Source of the DNA: the human T2T-CHM13v2.0 reference genome, Homo sapiens
DNA length: 64,000 bases
NCBI RefSeq assembly: GCF_009914755.1
Contig: NC_060931.1
Strand: one strand, 5' to 3'
Under the pieces are notes generated by a model. It searched no databases. It worked only from the letters and a program-made list of their open reading frames with translations, and was not told the DNA's origin. Below are positions 53,974 to 64,000 of the stretch, one piece after another. The position numbers were made by a program, and so were the translations under genes. Position 1 is the stretch's first letter. The number at the start of each line of letters is the position of its first letter.

Positions 53974-54984
53974 CTATAGACATTAAAATAATAAAATAAG
54001 GGTGACTTATGTCTTTATGACAGTACTGGAAAAATTGGGTAAACATAGAGTAAAAATGATCCTCAGCTTCTACCTCACATAATATACAGAAATTAATCAG
54101 ACGGATTATTACAGATCTGAACCTAAAACCTAAAAGTTGAAAGTTACTAAAAGAAAACATAGGACAGTATTGGACCCATTAATTAAAAACAGTAAGCCAT
54201 AGACTGTGAGAAAATATTTATAATACCCATATCCTACAAAGGATTTATATAGAGAATACATAAATAACTCTTACAAGTCAATAATTGGAAAAACAAATAA
54301 GAAGTGTAATAGATAGACAAAATGCTTGGACAGATACTTCTCAAAAGATATGTACAAGAATAAATGCTCAAATATCATTAATCATCAGGGACATAAAAAT
54401 TAAAACTATAATAATATATCATTTTATATCAAATGTTGGTGAGACTGTGGAACCCCTAGAAATTTTGTACAGTGCTGATAAATATATAAAATGGTACTGT
54501 TTGGTAATTTCTTATGAAGTTAAACATAGAACACTTATCACTCAGCATTTCTACTCCTATAAACTTAGCCAAAGGAACAGAAAATGTGTCCACAAAAATA
54601 TGTGCAGGAGGGTATTCATGGAAACTGGGATTTATTGAAGAGAGTATATGGGAATTTTCTGAGGTGATAGAAATATCCTCTGTTACATTTACCAAAACTC
54701 ATTGACTTGTATGTATACTTAAGATTTGTGACTTTCACTGTATGTTAATTTTAGCACCCCCCTCCCCACAAAGCCAAGAAACAAACCTCATGAATGCCAC
54801 TATTTCCCCTTGAGAAAAAGCAACAATGTCGCAAAACATTGATAAAAGGGAGCGAAAAGTATTCTTAAATGAAGATCCTGAAGCCTTTGTATACTTTCTA
54901 GTCATTACTCCCATTTGTCTGTTTTGTGAAAATAATAATAGTTTCTATTTATGTAAAATGTTTAAAAGAAAGCTAAACTAATAA

Positions 54985-55590
54985 CTGGTAGAAGCATAAC
55001 TTCCTAGACACTTAGGAAGACAATTTAACAATGCCTGTGAAAACTCAAATTGCTCTTACCTTTGACCCAGCAACCCCCCTTGCTGACACCTGTTCCACAG
55101 AAATATTCACATTAAATGTATAAAGATACGTGGACAAAAATTCCACCGTAGTATATCTTGGAACAGGAGCAAACTAGAGACTGCTAAATGTCTACTGACA
55201 GGGGAAGAGTTAACAAACTATGGCACCTCTATGCTAACAAATACTGTGCAGCTGGTAAAAGAAAATATAAATATTAGATGTCTATAAGACAGTCTTGTTT
55301 GAAAGAAGCAGGCTGCAGAACAAAATGCACACGATATTATCTGTTTTGAAATAACTTCCTCCATTCTCTCTTCTTTTTCTCTGCTTTTCTCCTTCCTTTT
55401 TCTTTGTGAATGCATAGAAAATGACCCGAAGGATACACATTAAACTTTTATCAGTGGTTACCACCTGGAGAGAGGGTGTGGAGAGGTGGTGAGAACTTTC
55501 ATTTTTTTTTTTTTTTTGCTTTCTATATGCCTATATTGTTTGATTTGTCTTCTCAATGGATGTGTGGTTGTTTTGTAATTTAAAAAAGAA
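54985..55590 (+). mobile_element. L1ME-type 3' fragment
   Basis: cctttgacccagcaa...ctaaatgtctact...cagtggttaccacctggagaggg. Confidence 0.7.
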
Positions 55591-55596
55591 AAGAAT

Positions 55597-55736
55597 GGCT
55601 TGCACCTGTAGTCCCAGCTACTCCTTCGAAGGCTGAGATTGGAGGATCGCCTGAGTCAAGGAGGTGGAGGCTGCAGATGGGATCTCACCACTGTACTCTA
55701 GCCTAGGTGACAGAGTGAGACCCTGTCTTTAAAAAA
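55597..55736 (+). mobile_element. FRAM / AluJ right arm
   Basis: cacctgtagtcccagctact...gacagagtgagaccctgtc. Confidence 0.85.
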
Positions 55737-55926
55737 GAAAGAAAGAGAGAAAGAAAATAAAAGAAGAAGAAAAAGACAAAAGGAAATGAAGGAAAAGGAA
55801 AGTGAAGGAAGGAAGAAAAAGGAAGGAAGAAGAAAAAACAGAAGGGAGGAAGGAAAGAGAGGGGAGGGGAGAGAAAGGAAAGGAAGAGCTGGGAGGGGAA
55901 GGAGAGGAAGGAAACAGGAAGGGAGA
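55731..55926. repeat. GA-rich polypurine low-complexity tract
   Basis: About 195 nt almost all A/G. Confidence 0.9.
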
Positions 55927-56364
55927 CTGCAGGTCTCTGAAATGCAGAAGCAAAGACAATCTAATCGTCAATGTTCTGAATTGCTCAGGGCTTGGCAGAA
56001 TGATCCTTCTAGTCTATGGACCATAGATTTGATCTCTGCACCTTGAGAAGGTAGTGAATATTTCTTATTTTTAAAGACAGAGTAGTCGATTCCACAACTT
56101 CCCTTGGTAACATTTTTATGTATACTGATCTTTACCTTCAGGTTATTACTTCCTTATATCTGAGTACTTCTGTCCCCAGGCTAGAAACGGAATCAGTGAT
56201 CATCACATATCATCACACACAATGTTAACTTTCAGTTAATCTCGTTAATGTTAAAGGAGGAACAATGACTTGGAGGACAAAACTCCCTCCCCCCACCCCA
56301 TAAATAAATAAATTATATATATATATTTATCCTATCACTTTAAAGCCAGAAGAACTTGAAGAAC

Positions 56365-56940
56365 AGTGGTGTACTGTACCTGTACAGCCTTGGAGTCAGG
56401 CAAGAATGAAAGCCAGCTCTGTCTCCTAACAGCTGTTTGCTTTGGGCAAACTAATTAACTTTCTTGAGCCTCAGTTTCCTTATTTGGAAAATAGTTAGAA
56501 TCATAATAGTAACGATGATAATAACAACTCCTAACTTGCAGGCCTTTTGTGAGGATTACAAATAATTAATTGGCCAGGACTTTGAGTATTATAAAGAATT
56601 AATTGGCCAGGTTCACCCCTGTTATCCCAGCACTTTGGGAGGATGGGGTGGAAGGATCCCTTGAACCCAGGAGTTCGAGATCAGCCTGGGCAACATAATG
56701 TGACCCTGTCTGTACAAAACAAACAAACAAACCTGGGTGTGGCGGCGCATGCTTGTGTTCCCAGCTACTCCAGAAGCTGAGGCAGGAGGATGGCTTGAGT
56801 CCAGGAGGTTGAGGCTGCAGTGAGCCATGATCGTGCAGTGGCACTCCAGCCTGGGTGACAGAGTGAGATCCTGCCTAAGAAAAAAAAAAAAAAAAAAAAA
56901 AAATGAAAGCACCCTGCTCATAGTAGGTGTTTAATCATGA
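56365..56940 (+). mobile_element. MIR split by AluJ
   Basis: gagcctcagtttccttattt before the Alu; catagtaggtgtttaat after it. Confidence 0.75.
56604..56903 (+). mobile_element. AluJ
   Basis: ggaggatggcttgagtccaggaggttgaggctgcagtgagccatgat; poly-A tail. Confidence 0.93.
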
Positions 56941-57267
56941 TTATATTTAATGGAACCCCCTAAAGTAACCTAAAATGCTACTGGAGATAAGAACCCATCT
57001 CTCTTTACTTCAAGGTCATAACTCCATAACCGTTTGTTTCAAGGTTGGCTCTCTTTACAACAGGCTTTTGTGAGGTAGTCTCTTAATGATAACATTTGGG
57101 CTATTAGTAATTTACTGACAGTTGCTCATAGACACCTGCCTTGTTGAGATCCATGTTATAGTTCATAAGAGCCTAATATGCACGTATTCTGGGATGTGAA
57201 GGGTTATTCTTTAGATGAGGATTGTGGACCGCAGATGTCCTTCAACCTCACTGGAAAGGTCCACACT

Positions 57268-57445
57268 ACAGGAAATGGGATTACACTTCATCAGGAGGGA
57301 TTTAGGTTAGATGGGAAGAAGAACTTTCTGACTGATGATTTCCTTCCTTGAAATCTTTAAAAATAGACTAGTTCCCCATTTGTCAATTTTCAAGATGCTG
57401 GGGGTTAGAATAGATGGTTTTTCAAGATCTCTTTTAATTCCATGT
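57268..57445 (+). mobile_element. L3/CR1 3' end
   Basis: ggagggatttaggttagatgggaagaagaactttctgac...gggttagaatagatg. Confidence 0.75.
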
Positions 57446-57845
57446 ATTGCTTACGTCACAGGGCTGTATTTCTAAGAGCCACAAACTTTATTGCAAATGT
57501 GTATAGAGACAATTTAGAGACCCTATTTTTTTCCCAAAGCAATAGGAAATGCTTTCTGTCTTGCCTGCCTCTTGAAGGGCCTATAGAATAACACAAAATT
57601 GCTTTAGCAAGTTAAAGAATAATTAATGGAAAATATGCAGAAAGAGATTTTAAAAATTATTGTGTAATAAAAATTTATATTTGTATTGCACATTAAAAAT
57701 GTTACTATAGGTATTATTATTTACTCATTATTAGATGTTTGAGTCAAACCTAAAACGGCATCTAATTGAGTCTGAAATCTAATTCGTTGAATGCCATTGA
57801 GTCGTGAACCCACCGTGCTGAAAAATGAGAATAAATATAAAGTAA

Positions 57846-57880
57846 CACTGCCATCTAATGGATTCTATGTGTTACTGCCA
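57846..57880 (-). promoter_or_regulatory. Candidate CTCF site with upstream module
   Basis: Minus strand GGCAGTAAC-N9-CCATTAGATGGCAGTG. Confidence 0.45.
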
Positions 57881-58074
57881 TTGTCTGAGGCAACATTTAA
57901 ACTCAGATCTAATTCTAATTAATCACTGATATATTCCACCACCTTATTTTGTGTTTTTAATTCACCTTTTTTTTCTTTGTATTTTGTCCCTATAATCTGT
58001 TGGATTGATTTTTTAAATTCTTTCTTTTGTCATTTTAGGATATATTGTATCACTGTTTTCTTTTATATTTTATC

Positions 58075-58630
58075 TCATACTATTTTTATTATGAAATAGT
58101 TCAAATATACAAATGAGTATATGATGACCTATGTGCCCGCACCTTAGCTTTATGAAATTTTAATAAACCTAACTTTCTGCTATAAGTGCTTCAGATTTTT
58201 TAAAAGGAGAAAACATTACAGATTTAGTTGAAGACTGTATATTTCTTCTCAATTCTATTTCCCTCTGTCTCCAGAGTTCATCTTTCTCATCAGTTTGATG
58301 GTTATTAATTCCATACATGGTTTAAGGTTTTATTCTGTATTTTCTAATTAAACAATATATTTCAGCAGTTTTAAATTAAAAAATGTTTATATAAATAATA
58401 TATCTGCTGCATTAACATTATATTTTTGATATTCATTCATGTTGATTCATCTACTTCTGGCTGATCATTTTAATACCTGTATAGGAATATTATATATGTA
58501 CATTTTTTCCAACTTATTCTTCTGTTGATGGACATTGAGTATTTTCCCCAAGTTTTCCTTTCATCAAGCAATGTTAGAATGATGTTATTTTACATTTCTT
58601 CATGTACACATATGTGAGAATTTCTGTAAA
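58075..58630 (-). mobile_element. L1M 3' fragment
   Basis: ttgatattcattcatgttg...ctgttgatggacattg. Confidence 0.7.
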
Positions 58631-58696
58631 GTGACTCATTTGCTTATGCATCTCCTAAAATAATCTTGAAAAACTATGTAATTCCTTAAACATTTT

Positions 58697-58998
58697 ATTT
58701 TAGAGACAGGGTCTTGCTATGTTGTCCAGGTTGGAGTGCAGTGGTGTGATCACAGCTCACTGCAACCTCAAACTCCTGGGTTCAAGTGATCCTCCCACCT
58801 GAGCCTCCCAAGTAGCTAGGACTACAGCTACATGCCATCACACCCAGCTAATTTTTAAAAACATTTTTTGTAGAGATGGGGTCTTGCTATGTTGCCCAGG
58901 CTGGTCTTGAACTCCTGACCTCCTGGGAGGTCAAGTGATCCTCCTGCCTCGGCCTCCCAAAGTCCTGAGATTACAAGTGTGAGCCACTGTGCCTGGCC
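58697..58998 (-). mobile_element. AluJ
   Basis: Full Alu; TSD tcctt(a/g)aacatttt. Confidence 0.93.
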
Positions 58999-59521
58999 TC
59001 CTTGAACATTTTCAGGATAACATTAAAAATTTTTTACTTTAAATTTCAATAGTAGAAAATGATGTAGTTTTTGCTTTATTAAAATATTAATATTTTAAAA
59101 TACAGTGGTTCAGATATTGAGGCAGCACCACCATCAGTATAAAGAAACATGAAGATGCTCTATTGGAATAGTCAAATTTTACATTGTTCCTTTTTCTCCT
59201 TACACTCACATTTCCATTTCACTCCACAGAGTTTTATCCCAATGCATTCCTTTAATGTATGAAAATATTTTCTCAATCATCTTCATATTTCTCCATAATA
59301 GACTATAAATCAAAATTTTAAAAAACATTTTTTCTCTGTGATTAAAAGACTGAAAGGTAAAACATTTTATTCTGTATTGAGTTATTAGCACTATTATTAG
59401 TAGTATAAAATTAGTCAAAGCAAGATAATAATTATTTTGATAAGTATTAAGCATAAATATTAAAACTTTAAATACTAAAAACATATTTTGATGAAATATA
59501 TTTGAGCTTCTTTTTCAATTA

Positions 59522-61212
<1,691 letters not shown>

Positions 61213-61229
61213 GGCAGCAAAAGCTCTTA

Positions 61230-61560
61230 AAGATAAGGAGGGACAAGCAAAGTAATCTAAGGATGAGCAGCCAGTGAGGTTGGGAGAAAATCGAGAGAGT
61301 GAGGTGTCTTGATAGCCAAGTGGAGAAAATATTTCAGGAAGGAGGAAGTGATCATTTGTGTTAAATGCTGCTGAGAAGCAATCTTATAGCAATATTTCCA
61401 ATGGAGCAATAGTGGTTATAGATTAAAGCGTGTTCAAAAGAGAATGAAAAGAAGGAAGACAGACAGTGAATTTCAGTAAGTTTTTGGAGTTTTTCAATAA
61501 AGGGCTGTAAAGGTGAGGAAAGGCATGGATATGCTATTTGGAGAAATGAGTCAAGACAGG
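61230..61560 (-). mobile_element. L2 fragment
   Basis: agccaagtggagaaaatatttcaggaaggaggaagtgatca...aaatgctgctgaga. Confidence 0.75.
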
Positions 61561-62080
61561 ATTTCTATTTAAACGTTTCTTTTAAAATTTCAAAATATAC
61601 ATACTGAAAAGAGTACTACACTTATATATATAGTTTTAAAATAGTTATAAAGATACTACTCATCTCACTACTAGCTGAATCAAGAATAGAACATTTCAAT
61701 ACCAAGAAAATACGAACGTCCTGTTTTTCCCAGTATGCCTACCCCTGTAGGAAGATTTACCTTAATGGTAGTCATTTCCCTGCTTTCCATTACTTCCTGC
61801 CCATGTAAAGTTCCCTACAACATACAGTTTTGTTTTTTTTCTTATATATAATATATATGGGATCATAATGTATATTCTTCTGTGTAAAAACACAGGTGTT
61901 TTTTTCACTCAATATAATGTTTGTAAGGCCTATATTGTTAATGAATCTAATTTTAAAAATTTTAATTGCTATATAAGTAACTAGAGCTTGTATGTTCTAC
62001 ACTATAATAATTTATTTCATCTTTGATTAGCACTTGGATTGTTTTGTGATTTCGGCAATTAGAAATGATGCTACAGGAGA

Positions 62081-62289
62081 CTCGTTCTCACCTAAGGAGA
62101 TTTTGCTTCCTAGGAGACATTGGTCAACGTTTTGAGACTTTTCTTATTGTAACAACTGGCAAGTGCTACTGGCATCTAGTAGGTAGAAGTTGGAGTCCTG
62201 CTAAACGATCTACAACGCACAGGACAGCCACCCATGACAAAGAATTAACACACCTATAAAGTCAATAGTGCTGAGCTTGACAAACCCTG
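62081..62289. mobile_element. MER20 hAT-Charlie MITE
   Basis: gctactggcatctagtaggtag...caggacagcc...aaagtcaatagtgctgagcttgacaaaccctg. Confidence 0.88.
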
Positions 62290-62479
62290 CTCTGGGTTAT
62301 ATTGTTGGGAGAGAAATTGCTGGCTGATAAAGTATATTTATCTTCAAACTTATACAATACTACCATTCTGTTTTCTAGAGTGATTGTATCAATTTACACT
62401 GCCATCATCAGAGTGGGAGGCTTCCCGATGCTGTATATCTGCACCAGCGCTAAATATCACCAGCTTAAAAATATTTTGC

Positions 62480-62801
<322 letters not shown>

Positions 62802-62804
62802 CTA

Positions 62805-63630
62805 CAAAGGACATGAACAGATGCTTCTCAAAAGAAGACATACAACAAACATGAGAAAATGCTCAACATCACTAATTATCAGAGAAATGCATATCAAAAC
62901 CACAACGAGATACCATCTCACACTACTCAGAATGGCTATTACTTAAAAAGTCAAAAAAGAACAGATGCCGGTGAGGCTGTAGCGAAAAGGGAACACTTAA
63001 ACACAGTGTTGGTGGGGATGTAAATTAGTTCAGCTCTATGGAAAATAGTTTGGAGATTTCTCAAAGACCTTAAAGCAGAACTATCGTTTGACTCAGCAAT
63101 CGCATTACTGGGTATATACCCAAAGGAAAACAAGTCATTCTACAAAAATGACACATGCACATATATGTTCATTGCAGCACTATTCACAACAGCAAAAACA
63201 TGGAATCAACCTAGGAGCCCAACAGTGGTGGACTGAATAAGGAAAATGTGGTACATATACACCATGGAATACTACACAGCCATAAAAACAGTGAAATTGT
63301 GTACTTTGCAGCAACATGGATGTAGCTGGAGGCCATCCTTTTAAGAGAATTAACGTAGGAACAGAAAACCAAATAGTGCATATTCTCACTTCTAAGTTGG
63401 AGCTAAACATTGGGTAAACATGGACATAAAGAAAGGAACAATAGACGCTGGGGTCCATGGGCTGAGGGTAGCAGGGAGTGCAACAAGGGTTGAAAAACTA
63501 CCGAGTGGGTGCTATGCTCACTACTTGGGTGACAGGATCATTTGTACCCCAAACCTCAGTGTCAGGCAATATACCCATGTAACAAACCTGCACATGTACC
63601 TCCTGATCTAAAATAAAAGTTAAAATTACA
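62805..63630 (+). mobile_element. L1PB-type 3' fragment
   Basis: ORF2 C-terminus plus 3'UTR (gtaccccaaacctcag...gtaacaaacctgcacatgtac); TSD tttgccaatcta. Confidence 0.92.
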
Positions 63631-64000
63631 TAAATTATCTTTGCCAATCTAATTAATTATATTTCATCAGAGTTTTAATTAGTATTTCATTATTAGCTAA
63701 TGGGGTTAATCACTTTTACAAGTCTTTGTTGGCCAGGTTGATCAATTTTAAAAATTGGCTTATCTTCCTCATCCTCATTTATTTGTAGGTATTCTTTATA
63801 TAATCTGGCCTCTGGACAGTTGTTGGTTATAGGTTGTTCATATCTTCTCTGTGGCTTGTCTCTGTATTCTTATGTGATATTTTTTAATGTATAGAAATTC
63901 CTAATTTTAAATAACAAATATTTCTCTTTAGTGCTTTTTGTGAGGTGCTTAAGAAATCCTTATGTACCCCAGATTCATGATGATTCTCCTAAAATCTTTG

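Overview
Human genomic DNA (inferred from a human-specific AluYb8-type insertion at 60741-61063), intergenic or deep intronic. No protein-coding exon, RNA gene or CRISPR array can be supported. The long ORFs in the track derive from L1 ORF2, Tigger1 transposase, Alu/LTR sequence or chance. Most of the window is nested transposable elements: Alus (J, S, Y, Yb8, FLAM/FRAM), a near full-length old L1PA, a second older L1M, L2, MIR, CR1/L3, solo LTRs (MER57, LTR12, MLT2A1, MER52A, MLT1, LTR16-like) and DNA transposons (Tigger1, MER1B, MER20, hAT MITEs). Two TE-poor blocks (about 12.5-19.5 kb and 44.6-49.5 kb) look regulatory; the second holds an orphan CpG island next to (AC)25. I found no convincing new biological system. 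The most interesting observations are a decayed hAT transposase split by MER52A, a short L1 3' transduction, an NF-Y-rich LTR12, several local inverted or templated duplications including a perfect 22-bp palindrome at an Alu breakpoint, and a candidate CTCF site. Subfamily names come from recalled consensus sequences and need RepeatMasker/Dfam confirmation.
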